A stretch of 64,000 nucleotides of DNA, from assembly GCF_009914755.1 (NCBI RefSeq), contig NC_060926.1; one strand, given 5' to 3'. Every line of letters begins with the position of its first letter. Within the stretch, counting starts at the first letter, position 1. Shown here in pieces: positions 1-27,684 of the stretch. The notes beneath the pieces were generated by a model. That model was not told where the DNA came from. It did not search any database and saw only the letters and a program-made list of their open reading frames with translations. The position numbers and the translations under genes are program-made. Origin of the DNA: the human T2T-CHM13v2.0 reference genome, Homo sapiens.

Positions 1-552
1 TTGTATTTTTAGTAGAGACGGGGGTTTCTCCATGTTGGTCAGGCTGGTCTCGACTCCCGACCTCAGGTGATCTGCCTGCCTTGGCCTCCCAAAGTGCTGG
101 GATTACAGGTGTGAGCCACCACGCCTAGCAACACTCCTGCTTATTAGAAACATAATATTCACCAGTTTATATTAGAACTTTTTCTGTTCTTTATATTCAC
201 TTTCCTCTTTTAAGTATCATTATGAACACTTTGCTTTGTTCTAAGTAACCATAATGATTTGTTATTGATACTCAAAACGTACTAACTTTGCCCAGTAAAC
301 CCCTTGGGCAGGCTCTTCTTTTTTGGGGGTGAGGGGGCCAGAATCTCATTCTGTCGCCCAGGCTGGAGTGCAGTGGTGCTATCTCGGCTCACTGCAACCT
401 CCACCCCCACAGGTTCAAGCAATTCTCCTGCCTCAGCCTCCTGAGTAGCTGGGACTACAGGCGCGAGCCACCATGCCCTGCTAATTTTTGTATTTTTAGT
501 AGAGACGGGGTTTCACCATATTGGTCAGACTGGTCTCGAACTCTTGACCTCA

Positions 553-1451
<899 letters not shown>

Positions 1452-2828
1452 TCCACCCACCTCAGCCTCCCAAAGTGCTGGGATTACAGGTGTGAGCCAC
1501 GGCACCCAGCCATGCTGGCTCTTGTCTTTAAAACTTCTCTGTGGCTGGGCAAGGTGGTTCACGCCTGTAATCCCAGCACTTTGGGAGGCCAAGGCCAGCA
1601 GATCACTTGAGGTCAGGAATTTGAAACGAGCCTGACCAGTATGGCAAAACCATCTCTACTAAAAATACAAAAATTAGCCAGGCATGGTGGTGTGCACCGG
1701 TAGTCCTAGCTACTTAGGAGCCTAAGGCAGGAGAATCACTTGAACCCAGGAGGTGGAGATTGCAATGAGCCGAGATCGCCCCACTGTCTGCACTCCAGCC
1801 TGGATGACAGAGTAAGACTCTGTCTCAAAAAAAAAAAAAAAAAAAAAAAAAAGCTCTGGGTGTTTTTGAAAGTATTCTCATTGCCAGGCAGGAACAGGGT
1901 GTTGCAGATCCATCCTGACATTTTTCCTGCCTCAAGACATGGATTCAACTGCTACTCAAGGAATCCTGTTTCCTTTTAGTGGAGTATTAAATATCTAGGT
2001 GCTGGAGATGTACGTAAGAATTGTTGATGGGCAGCTGGTGGCGGTGGTTCACACCTGTAATTCCAGCACTTTCAGAAGCCGAGGTGGGTGGATCATGAGG
2101 TCAGGAGTTTGAGACCAGCCTGACCAACATGGTAAAACCCCATCTCTACTAAAAATATGAAAATTAGCCAGGCATGGTGGTGCACACCTGTAATCCCAGC
2201 TACTTAGGAGGGTGAGGCAGAAGAATTGCTTGAACCCAGGTGGAGGTTACAGTGAGCTGAGATTGCACCACTGCACTCCAGCCTGGCAATAGGGTGAAAC
2301 TCCATCTCCAAAAAAAAAAAAAAAAAAAAAAAAAAAGAATTATTGATGGGCACAAGTGCTACTGTTGCTGCTACTACTATTAGACCTTTTTTTTAGTGAC
2401 AAAGTCAAAGATTTCATTTAAGGTTACTAAATTCAAACTATTCAGACTGAGTATTTTCAGTATGACAAACTACACTGTACTTTTCTTACTCCAACATTGA
2501 TGGTCCACATTTAACTGTTTGAAAATCAGACTGGGCCAGGGGTGGTGGCTCACGCCTGTAATCCCAGCACTTTGGGTGGCTGAGGATCACGAGATTGCGC
2601 CACTGTGCTCCAGCGGGTGATGGTGAGACTCCATCTCAAAAAGTCTTAAGTAACTTCCACAGTCTCAGAGCTGTTAAGTGGTAGACCCAAATTTGAACCA
2701 GTGTTTCATTTAAACACTTAAGATCTCAACCTAAGAACAAGCTAAGCAGGGTCTAGGCAATTGTTGCAAGAAACCTGAAAGCTGCAGCCAGAGGAATTGG
2801 GAAATTCCGTTTTCCTTTCTTAGCTTGA

Positions 2829-3068
<240 letters not shown>

Positions 3069-4208
3069 TGAACTTCTGACCTCAGGTGATCTGCCCGCCT
3101 CAGCTTCCCAAAGTGCTGGGATTACAAGCATGAGCCACTGGGCCCGGCTGGCAGTTAGACCTTCAGAGTCTCAGTTTATATAAATGTAGCATAGGCTTAA
3201 TAGTCCCAAACCTAACATTGAGGGTTAAAATTACCTATCCTGATGTCTAATGCATAGCAAACACTTGGTTAGTTTTTCCTCTCCTATTAATCTCTAGTCT
3301 TCTGTCACTCTCCCTGCTCTAATACGAACTAAGTCCAGGTGTTTCTTATTCCTTGTTCTTCTAATAAACTAGTTGGCCTCTTAAGATGTAAATTATCTCC
3401 CTAGATTTCTTTTACTTGAGTTTGCTTGCTTGCCACTTTTACAGCCCAAACTACATTCTAGACAAGATTTCTTCAGTTAACATGCCTTTTATTCAATCCC
3501 CTCTCATTTGCTGACCAATCCTCCTTTTTTAAATTTCTTTGGGTACCTAGCAGGTGTATTTATTTCTGGGGTACAAGAGATGTTTTGATGTAGGCATGCA
3601 GTGTGAAATAATTATATCATGGAGAATCATATCATGGAGAATCATATCATGGAAATGGAGGGGTGATCATCATCACCCCTCAACCATTTATCCTTTGTTA
3701 CAATCCAATTACATTCTTTTATTTTTAAATGTACAATTATTATTGACTATAGTCACCCCGTTGTGCTATCAAATAGATCCTTTTTTTTGTACCCCAAACA
3801 CAACGAAATTACCAAAGCCAAAGGTATTCTAGGTACAGGATTTCAAGTGACTGACTTTTCATGTGATGATGGACTTTATTTCTCCCCTCTACTTCTGTCC
3901 AAGGTAAGGACAGCAAAAATATTTGCCTCAATGCCTTGCTTGCAGCAGCAGCCCAAAGGCCATGCTGAGGAGCTGGAGTTCCCTCCAACCTCCCAGATTT
4001 TACAGCTCCAAGAGAGATTACATCCTTGCACCGGGGAAAATAGAAACTGTCTTTCCCCATTATCAATGGAATAATGTAGTTCAGTCTGCAACAAAGAGAA
4101 ACATGAAAATATCATAGATAGGATAATGTTTTACACACATGCCAGCCTGCCCTTCAACTGGCTTTCAATTTTCAGTATCTTCTAATCATGGAAATGCTAA
4201 CACAATTA

Positions 4209-4670
4209 TTAACTTTAAACAAATTTTTATTACACAAAGGTTGTCACATAATTGGATACTTCTCTACTTTGTACACAATTATTCTCACTCTCCACAGAAA
4301 GGCTGCTTAACTTCTCATCTGGTGGTGGCAAGCACTAAAATCCTGATTTTAACAGAATAGTAGTAAAAATGCCTCAGTGATTTAAGTTGAAAGCAGTACA
4401 CTGGTACATGGCTCTTGTACCCAGTATCAGGAATGTACAAATGTTTTTTATTCAAAAATACAAAATAAATTATCTGTAGGCATGGACAATGACAGCAGTA
4501 AACCATTATATATTTTGTCAACTGAAACCAGTAACTGATGGTTATAGTGATTTTCAGCCAGCCTTTTTCTTCATTTTCTCCAACTGACTTCTCTGAAGTT
4601 ATTGGTGAGGAACACTGCCTTGGGCTTCCTGTCACAGTTCATTAATAAAGGTAAAGCACTAGTCTAGGAG
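4209..4670 (-). terminator. HSPD1: HSPD1 3'UTR with two AATAAA poly(A) signals
   Basis: Minus-strand AATAAA at 4452-4447 and 4231-4226; the 3' end is approximate. Confidence 0.85.
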
Positions 4671-16575
<11,905 letters not shown>

Positions 16576-17382
16576 CTACGCCTGAATGACGGAAGGCGCC
16601 GCAGCTTCGGAACATCAGCCACTAGCGCAAGCTAAAGAGGCCGCCCCGGCCGGCGCCTGACCTATAGCACCAGCACAAAGCACATGCGGCTCCTTCCCCA
16701 CGGCCACCTATCCCTGCCGCCAAAAACGAGTTAATCTTTCACCGCGAAAACGGCCTTGTGGGCAGACCCACTCCAACTGTGGCCCCTGAGAAACCAAGTC
16801 AGCCGGAGAGAGGCAAGTTACAAATCCAAGTGACCAGGGAAGTTAAAAGTATTCCTGACGGTGCAAAAAGCCGCTCAGCAAAGTGTCTCCATGGATCCAC
16901 CCAAGGCTACTGTATCAGAGCAACCAGCAAGGCCGCGATGCTGGGGGCGGCGGCCCGGCCCACTCGGCGCGAGCCCACGTGTCCTTCTTTCCGAACGCCC
17001 CCAGCAAGGTCAAGACTGGAGGCGCGGTATCCCAGCTGCCTGCGGGGGAAAAAAGCGGTTCCCTCACGTACACCACCCTCCCCGGTTCCCTGAAGTCGGC
17101 CAGGCGCAGGTTGCACCAGCGGGCCTAAGTGGTTACAATCCCCCAAATTCAAACCCCACGAGTTGTCCCTCCCGCGCCCAGCCGAGGTCCAGGATCCGCG
17201 TCGCACGTGATGGAACCCGCATGGACCCGCGAGGCCTGGACCCGCAGGCCTGGGCCTGCGGTGCGGCGCGGTGCGGAACTCCAGGTTGTCGCCGCCCGCA
17301 CCCTCCAGCTGGACCGCAGAGGAGGAAGGCCCACTCGGGGGTCGCAGGAGCCGGGGGGAGGTGGTGCGGGAAGGCCGCGTAC

Positions 17383-17470
17383 CTGCGGGGCGGCAGCAAG
17401 GCGTGCGCTCGGCGAGACAGGTCGTCGGCGGCGAGTGAGGGACAGAGTGCAGGGCGCACACCGCAATGAG
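17383..17470 (-). other. HSPD1: HSPD1 non-coding exon 1 (5' boundary approximate)
   Basis: Donor CCCCGCAG|GTACGC at 17383/17382; matches the recalled HSP60 mRNA leader. Confidence 0.85.
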
Positions 17471-17557
17471 CCCGTGTCCCCTCCCTCCGCCTCTACTCCC
17501 GCCCCGCGGCACCGCGTGTGCAGGCAGCTCCCACCCACTTCCCGTCAGCCCGGGCCC

Positions 17558-17564
17558 TGCAATC
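17558..17564 (+). promoter_or_regulatory. CHOP-C/EBP core element (mitochondrial UPR)
   Basis: TGCAATC core; such a site is described for the HSP60/10 promoter. Confidence 0.6.
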
Positions 17565-17667
17565 TGCACACCCTGCGCGCGAGCCCCGCCCCTCCCTACC
17601 CGCGCAGGGTGTGCTAGCGCGCTCAGCCCTCTCCGGCCGGCTTAGTCTAGTTCCCGGGCCTCGCTCG

Positions 17668-17687
17668 GTTCCAGAACTTTCCAGAAA
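17668..17687. promoter_or_regulatory. Heat shock element (HSF1), four inverted nGAAn pentamers
   Basis: gTTCcaGAActTTCcaGAAa, perfectly in register, between the two transcription starts. Confidence 0.93.
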
Positions 17688-17760
17688 ATGCCGCGCTCCC
17701 TACGGCTCAAGGGTCAAATCGCGTCATTTCCGGGAGGGGACGAAGGGGTAGTTCTTTCAC

Positions 17761-17850
17761 CTCGGCTGGGCGCCTAGAAAAGCCTAGAAACAGCTCCTTT
17801 TTTCTTCCGCCTCCGAGTCTTCGCGTCAGCGTCCTGCGCAGGGCCCTTGG
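17761..17850 (-). other. HSPD1: HSPD1 alternative upstream non-coding exon 1 (5' boundary approximate)
   Basis: Donor CAGCCGAG|GTGAAA at 17761/17760; matches a recalled alternative leader ...TTTTCTAGGCGCCCAGCCGAG. Confidence 0.65.
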
Positions 17851-17930
17851 GGCGAATCGCGGTGCGCGTCGGGGCGACCGCCCTCCCTCCCTGGGAGGGG
17901 CGAGGGGGCTAGCGGCGACGGCTGGGGCGA

Positions 17931-17963
17931 GCGCGCCTGCGCGCTGGGTGATTTTTTCACGTG
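17931..17963. promoter_or_regulatory. NRF1-like site and canonical E-box upstream of HSPE1
   Basis: GCGCCTGCGC within 17931-17944 and CACGTG at 17958-17963; further CACGTG at 17204-17209 and 16976-16981. Confidence 0.55.
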
Positions 17964-18037
17964 TCGCCAGGGCCGGACTGCGAGTCTCTTTGCGGCGCTA
18001 CACTAGAGCAGAGTACGAGTCTGAGGCGGAGGGAGTA

Positions 18038-20862
18038 ATGGTGAGTCCCGCGTGGCCCCGAGGCCTGCAGGCCCGGGCCTGTCTGAGGCGTACGGGGATC
18101 CCTGACGCCCCTCTTTTGTTGGGCTGGGCGGGAGGGATTGGTGGCCACTCAGTGACCAGCGCCCGATGGCACCTTGGAGCGGCAAGGCCCGCCCGACCCT
18201 TTTCTCCCCCAGGGCTCTTTGCACGCGCGTGTGCTGCCGGTGTGTAAGGCAGGGGGGCGAGAACCCGGGCGCACGCGCAGCGTCTCACCTGCTTCTGCAG
18301 GGCCTTTGTGGATGTGTAATATCTTGGGTAAAAATCATGGTGCCAGGCAGGGAGCTTGACCCAGCGTTTCCTGAAAATTTCTGGAAAAACCTGAAGAAGG
18401 AAAACATTTGACCTTGGAATAAACTAAGGTTGACCTTAAAGCTGGTCTGGTTGCTCACCGGAGGAGCGACAACGACCCCTAACAGACGTAAGGAATCGGG
18501 AATTAAACTTGGAATATTGGTTAGTACATTCAAATGCGCTTCCTTAACGAATAAGCTGAGGTTTGGTGTTAACTTTCAAAGCCAAAACGTGTTGAGATGT
18601 ATAGCACGGTGGCGTTGCCTGTTGATAATGTGATTACATTTAGTTTTTGTTTCAAAACATTTCTTTTCCTACAGGCAGGACAAGCGTTTAGAAAGTTTCT
18701 TCCACTCTTTGACCGAGTATTGGTTGAAAGGAGTGCTGCTGAAACTGTAACCAAAGGAGGCATTATGCTTCCAGAAAAATCTCAAGGAAAAGTATTGCAA
18801 GCAACAGTAGTCGCTGTTGGATCGGGTTCTAAAGGAAAGGTAAATGGGAGCTGCAGTGGAACTATTTTTTATAGTGTGCAGTGGAGGGAAAAGAAGTAAT
18901 TCTGGAGTATTAAAAGTCGCTTATTAAGTAGAGTTTATGTCGTTTTCAAGATCATTAACTGCTTTGGTTCTAATCTGTTTCTTAAAGGGAAATGACTAAT
19001 ATAAAGTTGCTTATTTTATATGACCAATGCTATGATGCTTATTTTATGTGATAGTTTCAGAGTATTAAAAATTGTCCTCAATAGGCCGGGTGCGGTGGCT
19101 CTCGCCTGTAATCTCAGCACTTTGGGAGGCCGAGGTGTGCGGATCACAAGGTCAGGAGTTCAAGACCAGCCTGACCAACATGGTGAAACCCCGTCTCTAC
19201 TAAAGATACAAAAATTAGCCGGGTGTGGTGGCATGCGCCTGTAATCCCAGCTACTGGGGAGGCTGAGGCAGGAGAATCATTTGAACCCTGGAGGCGGAGG
19301 TTGCAAGGAGCCGAGGTTGCAAGGCGCCCCTGCATTCCAGTATGGGGGACAGGGCGAGATTCTGTCTCAAAAAAAAAAAAAAAAAAAATCCCCTCAATAG
19401 CAATTTGGTAGCCTAGTGTGATCAGTGTTTGCCTTACATTCTAAATTTTTAATAAGACAAAAGAGGCTGTGCGTGGTGGCTCACACCTGTAATCCTTGCA
19501 TTTTGGGAGGCCAAAGCAGGAGGATCGTTTGAGCTCAGGATTCAAAATCAGGAGTTCAAAATCAGTCTGGGCAACATAATGAGACCTCCTGTCTACAAAA
19601 TAAATAAATACAAAAGATGTGCTTCAAGGTAAAATGAGGGGGCATTTAAGAATTGAGAGGAAACTTGGACTGTTCGTTTAACCCCTAACACATTGAAATT
19701 GCCCTAATCTTAACCAGTTGGTATACCTGGTTGTATACCTACCAGAGGAACAGGTTGGTCAGTCTTGTCCAATCTGCAGCCTGGGACAGCTCTGAATGCC
19801 GCCTAACGCAAATCCCTAAACTTTCTTAAAACCTGATATTTCTTTTGCAATTTTTTTTAAGCTTACCAGCTACTGCTAATGTTAGTGTATTTTATGTGTG
19901 GCCCAACACAGTTCTTCCAGTGTGGCCCAGGGAAGCCAAAAGATTGCACACCTCTGTTTTAGATGTTCCTCAGTTAATTGTTTAGGCCTCGGGCTTCTAA
20001 AGATCTCAGCCAAAATACACAGTAAACGCCGTTGGGGCCAAATAATGTTAACTGCATTGTTCTAGTTGCTTCTGAGGAGGAAAGCTCTACTGAGGAGCTG
20101 TCATGGAGTTAGGAATAGGAAGACTTTGGGGAGTGGACACTTAGCTGCAGTCCCTTTCCCCAAATCTGTTCTTTGGAGGGAACAAAACAATCACAAGAGT
20201 ATGTTCTAAATCCAAAAAAACTTTAAATTTTTGTATGTTGAAAGAAGGAAAATATGACCATTTGTATATGGCATTTTCTGGGTGCTGGCTACTGTTGCAG
20301 GTTTATTTCATATAGTTGATAAGTTATGTTAATATTTAACAGTTATAAAGTTAGCTTTAGTTAACTAAAGTTAGCTTTTCCAGAATATTTTCTTGAACTT
20401 TTACGTTGGAGTCAGGTTTTAGTTTAAGCCACTGTGTATTATTTCAAAGTGTAACTACAGTGGTATTTTTGAGTGAAGATCTGTAATTCTAGTATGAGTC
20501 GTATCACTTAGCCACGAAATATATTTTTAATATAATTGGATTTGAGTGACCATGTTTCATTAGTTGTAGTGATTTAAAAGTTAACTGTTTATGTTGGGTG
20601 AACTAGATATCTTTGCTAATAAACATCCTTCCTTTTTTAAGGGTGGAGAGATTCAACCAGTTAGCGTGAAAGTTGGAGATAAAGTTCTTCTCCCAGAATA
20701 TGGAGGCACCAAAGTAGTTCTAGATGACAAGGTGTGTAAACTTAATAATTCTAAAAAGAAGTCAGATATTTGCAATTAGTTGTCTTAACTAATGGTTTTT
20801 TTCACTTGCAGGATTATTTCCTATTTAGAGATGGTGACATTCTTGGAAAGTACGTAGACTGA
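18038..20862 (+). CDS. HSPE1: 10 kDa heat shock protein, mitochondrial co-chaperonin HSP10 (spliced CDS, 102 aa)
   Basis: Exons 18038-18040 (ATG only), 18675-18839, 20642-20731, 20812-20862 sum to 309 nt; [18 protein letters not shown]...ILGKYVD*. Confidence 0.99.
18675..18839 (+). CDS. HSPE1: HSPE1 exon 2
   Basis: 165 nt, AGQAFRKF...GSGSKGK, AG/GT flanks. Confidence 0.98.
19760..19956 (-). mobile_element. MER30-type hAT DNA transposon in HSPE1 intron 2
   Basis: ...GTGTGGCCCAGGGAAGCCAAAAGATTGCACACCTCTG terminus. Confidence 0.7.
20642..20731 (+). CDS. HSPE1: HSPE1 exon 3
   Basis: 90 nt, [30 protein letters not shown]. Confidence 0.98.
20812..20862 (+). CDS. HSPE1: HSPE1 exon 4, coding part
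   Basis: [19 protein letters not shown] after an 80-nt intron with a TAACTAAT branch-point-like motif. Confidence 0.97.
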   Translation, partial: DYFLFRDGDILGKYVD

Positions 20863-21060
20863 AATAAGTCACTATTGAAATGGCATCAACATGATGCTGC
20901 CCATTCCACTGAAGTTCTGAAATCTTTCGTCATGTAAATAATTTCCATATTTCTCTTTTATAATAAACTAATGATAACTAATGACATCCAGTGTCTCCAA
21001 AATTGTTTCCTTGTACTGATATAAACACTTCCAAATAAAAATATGTAAATGAGTGGTTAA
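20863..21060 (+). terminator. HSPE1: HSPE1 3'UTR with two AATAAA signals
   Basis: AATAAA at 20962-20967 and 21034-21039, followed by T/GT-rich sequence. Confidence 0.85.
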
Positions 21061-21213
21061 TCTTTAGTTATTTTAAGATGATTTTAGGGTTTTCTAGTTT
21101 ATGCTTTTTTTCTGTTTTTCAAGTAACCTGCAGAGAATTTTGGGAAACAGGATTTTCTACGTAGGTGCATTTTCACACTGAATTTAGCTTTATTAATACA
21201 TGATTGATACTGA

Positions 21214-21522
<309 letters not shown>

Positions 21523-22538
21523 TAACGAGTTACAGGTCTTAAGGTGTTCAATACTTTGTGGATACAGGTCTTCATTCCTAACTCCAATTTATATAAATAC
21601 AGAGCATTTTTTGCATGGTTTAATGTATACTGAATTCCCAGGTACACAAGTACCATGTAAATTGAGGGAAGAATTATACTTTCCATTTTTTTCTTTTTTT
21701 TTTTTTGTGGAGACAGTCTCACTTTGTCACCCAGGTTGGAGTGCACTGGCACTGTCATGGCTCACTGTAGCCTCCACCTTCTTCCCAGGCACAGGTGATC
21801 CTCCCACGTCCGCCTCCTTGAGTGACTGGGATTACAGGCATGCACCACCATGCCCTGCTAATTTTTGTATCTTTTGTAGAGATGGGGTTTTGCCATGTTG
21901 TCCAGGCTGGTCTTGAACCTTCTGGGCTCAAGCAATATGCCTGCCTTGGCCTCCCAGACTGCTGGGATCACAGGCCTGAGTGAGCCACCATACCTGGCAG
22001 CTTTTTTTATTTTTTAGAACTTTAAGAGTTGGTCAATATTTCGGAAAATCAACTTCTGTACATTAAAGTTAGGACATTACCTTATTTTTTTTTTTTAATG
22101 GTGATGGGTTATATTTATGCTTTTCTATTTGACACTAGTTTGTCAGAGTTGGAAAACAGCCACATGCTCACCTAGTCAGTGTGACCTCAATGTAGTTGAG
22201 ATGAGAAACAGGAAGACTTCAGTGTAGTTTCTAACCTGATACTGGCATCTAATATCAGGCATATGATGTCCTATCAAGTTTCTGAAAGACAACGTGAAAA
22301 AGGCATCACATAGTCCTTGAGGGGTGATCGTCCTTGGCGGCCAGCAGCAATGACAAAGCAGTGAGCGCACCAGGGTCACCCCGCTCAGCTGTGGTACATT
22401 TTTCCCTTGGCTCAGCTGTAATCCATAGTTTCACCCCAATTAACTTCCCAGATACATTGCGTCTTTTAAGCTTTGTTTTGTATTGCATTGGAAAGAACAG
22501 TGCTGAGAAGCTCTCCATGGTTACCTGAGCCTCAGTGA

Positions 22539-22876
<338 letters not shown>

Positions 22877-23009
22877 TAGGATGGTCTCGATCTTCTGACC
22901 TCATGATCCACCTGCCTTGGCCTTCCAAAGTGCTGGGATTACAGGCGTGAGCCACCGCGCCCGGCTCATTTCATTTTTAAAAACTTAACACTGCTACATA
23001 ATTTGGTTA

Positions 23010-23540
<531 letters not shown>

Positions 23541-24786
23541 GTTACTGTTTAAAACTTGATCCTTTATAGCCTTTGCTACTTTGTTAATTCTAAGCACTTA
23601 ATACACATTATTTCAATTAATCCTGGTGATACCCACTGTGGTATGGGGAATGGGTAGTACCAAATGATGTATGTCACTTAAGTTCCTAGTACACCATGTG
23701 TTGAATTTAACAAAACTGAGTCAAAGCAGAGGATAAATAGCTTGATATAGCTGTAGCAGCTAGGGAGAAGACTTAAGATTCAAACCCAATAATACTACAC
23801 TAGAATTTGGTTGGGTGCGGTGGCTTGTGCTCGTAATCCCAGCACTTTGGGAGGCCGAGGTGGGCAGATCTCTTGAGATCGAGACAGCCTGGGCAATATG
23901 GTGAAACCCTGTCTTTACAAAAAATACAAAAAGCTACTCAAGGGGCTGAGGTGGGGAGGTTAAGGCTCTGGTGAGCCGAGATTGTGCCACCACACTGCAA
24001 TCTGGGTGACAGAATGAGACCCTGTCTTTAAAAAAAAGAATCCTACGCTAGAATTGATTACCAACCCTTAAACTCAACTATCAGCTACCAGCTGTCTTAG
24101 TAGTCAAACTTATTTTCTAGGTTTAATTATCCATAAACTAGTCTGATAATGTCTTTTAAAGGTTGTGTCCCGTATTTATTTTGAGAGGAATTAAAATTTA
24201 AAGTTTTAAATGGCATGGAATAATGATCTCAACTTTTGATCATCTTCCCATCTGTAAAGTAGTAGGTACTTCCACTATATGTATATTTACGTTTATGCAC
24301 GTGTTACTGCCTTTGGTGTACTAAAGCTTACTTTTTGTCAAACTTCGATACTGGAATTATGCCTAAAAGTTATTTCTTATATTGTCTAAGTGGATTATCA
24401 ATTTCATACTCTACTCACGCACAGCTAGATAATATGCTTTGCTCATCATAATCTTGGGAGCACAGATTTTTCTGTATTACCAATGAGAAACCTTGACTTA
24501 AGAGATAAGAAATCGTTCCAAGGACATGTGGCTAATATATTGTAGAGTAAGGAGTCTGTTCAAAGGCTATGGCTTTCCCATTATTCTCCAATGCTATTTT
24601 CCTAAGACCCAGCAAATTAGTTTTGATATCTAAGGTAATAGTTCACAAAGCTTGGTTCATCTTTGCAATTGCCTGGTAAACTTAAAATTTCAGGGCCTCA
24701 TCCAAACCTACTAAATCAGAAGGATAAGAGAATTTTTGAACCACAGAAGCAGTCCTATTGTGATGCCTGCCTAGCAGAATTGCTAA

Positions 24787-25029
<243 letters not shown>

Positions 25030-25251
25030 TGACCTCGTGATCCGCCGCCTCGGCCTCCCGGAGTGCTGGGATATTTTTCTTTTTTTTGAGACAGAGCCCT
25101 ATTCTGTCTATCTGGCTGAAGAGCAGTGGTGTGATTATAGCTCACTGCAGCCTCGAACTCCTGGGCTCAAGCAATCCTCCCACTTCAGCCTCCAGAGTAG
25201 CTGGAAGTACAGGCCTGTGTCACCACGCGTGGGTAATTTTTTATTTTTTGA

Positions 25252-25353
<102 letters not shown>

Positions 25354-25356
25354 TGA

Positions 25357-25537
<181 letters not shown>

Positions 25538-26392
25538 TAGCTGGGATTATAGGCACCCGCCACTGCGCCCAGCTGATTTTTGTATTTTTAGTAGGGATGG
25601 GGTTTCACCATGTTGGCAAGGCTGGTCTTGAACTCCTGACCTCAGGTGATCCTCCTGCCTCGGCCTCCCAAAGAGCTAAGATTACTGGCGTGAGTGACTG
25701 CAGCCAGCCAATTTTTGTATTTTTTGTAGAGACTGGGTTTCACTATATTGCCGAGACTGGTCTCAAACTCCTGGAGTCAAGTGATCCTCCCTGCTTGGCC
25801 TCCCAAGGTGCTGGAATTACAGGTACACAATTTGTTTTTTAGTGAATGGTGTATGTATCTGACTTTCTTTTTTCAGAGATGGGGTCTCACTGTGCTGTCC
25901 AGGCAGTTTTTGCTCTCCTGAGCTCAAGCAATATTCCTGCCTCACCCTCCAGAGAAGCTAGGACTACTTTATTTTTTTAATCAATGAGTAGCTTGTTGTC
26001 ACAACTTTACTTACTGGATTATCCATTCTTCTCCCTGCACACCACTCCCCGACCTCCCTTCTCTCTATGCCCAGAAATCAGAGATGTTGCCTTTATCATA
26101 TACGAAATTTCTAAATATGCCTATTCATGGGTTTAATAATTTGTTCCATTGACCTCCCTATTCCATCACATTGCTTTCAATGTAAATAGCTTTATATTTA
26201 AGTTTGACATCTGATAAGGCAAGTCCTCCCTGTACCTATTCACCTGCCTGAGAGTATGTTCTTTGTTCCTATATGAGCCGCCAGCTTGTTCTTCAGTGTT
26301 ATACCAAGTCATGCTTCCTCCAGCAAGTTAATTACTGTTTTCACTGCACCCACACAAAAATGGAGTTTTGAACTTTTGACTTATTTGTGTGA

Positions 26393-26854
<462 letters not shown>

Positions 26855-27536
26855 TGAATGAACTGCAAAACAAGGGCATTAGATTTGCCTCTTAACGTTT
26901 TGAGTCAAGCCTGTTATTTTGTTGTTAAACTTTTATTTATTTAAAAATAAATAATATGTTCATGTAAAAATTTAAAATTATAGACACTGAAAAGAATGCT
27001 CTCTATCCTTGTCCCCCAGCCACCCAGTCCCATCCTTGGAAGTAACTAGTATAATTTTTGTATTCTTCCTTTAAGGTGTTTTATGTATATACACATATAT
27101 GTAAATGTGTACTATATATGTACATATCTTATGTATATAAAATATATATTCATTTTTTCTTTTTCAAAAAATAATATTCCATACATAACATTTGACACCT
27201 TGCTTTTTTACATTAACAATTGGTCTCTGGGATTAATCTATAGATAAAGACACTTTAAGACTGTATAATGTTCAATTATATGGATAAGCCATAATTTATT
27301 TCAGGATGCACCCCCAGCAATGATAGATATTTAAGTTATTCTAACCTTTTTCTATTAGAAACACTTCTGCAATGAATAAATGTATGCATAACTAAATATG
27401 TACATTTGAACAAGCATATCTATAAGATAAATTCCTATAGAACTGCTACGTCAAAGGGTCTGTGAATTTTAATCATGCATGTACGCAGATACAGACATGG
27501 ATCTCCAAGTTGTCCTTCATTGAACTCCCATCAGTT

Positions 27537-27575
<39 letters not shown>

Positions 27576-27577
27576 TT
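27537..27577. repeat. (TTTA)n tetranucleotide repeat in an Alu tail
   Basis: About 10 units. Confidence 0.9.
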
Positions 27578-27579
27578 GA

Positions 27580-27684
<105 letters not shown>

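Larger units (their letters stand above)
16850..18500. promoter_or_regulatory. CpG island and HSPD1-HSPE1 bidirectional promoter
   Basis: Very GC- and CpG-rich; head-to-head first exons; GC boxes (e.g. CCCCGCCC 17584-17591); no obvious TATA box. Confidence 0.95.

Noticed and set aside
3614-3653. 15-bp tandem triplication ATATCATGGAGAATC; similar small duplications at about 9580-9605 and 12686-12733
   Set aside because: Ordinary slippage duplications with no spacers; not a CRISPR-like or functional array.
4340-4520. Possible H/ACA snoRNA (I recall an SNORA105-type annotation in the HSPD1 3'UTR)
   Set aside because: An ANANNA motif is present, but I cannot establish a hairpin-hinge-hairpin-ACA structure or boundaries from the sequence, so it is not called.
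16758-18533. Long overlapping ORFs (up to 220 aa) in the HSPD1/HSPE1 promoter
   Set aside because: Stop-poor GC-rich CpG island; low-complexity P/R/G/A products with no recognisable domain.
20378-20397. TTCcaGAA...TTCttGAA HSE-like motif in HSPE1 intron 2
   Set aside because: The dimers are two bases out of register in AT-rich sequence; likely chance.
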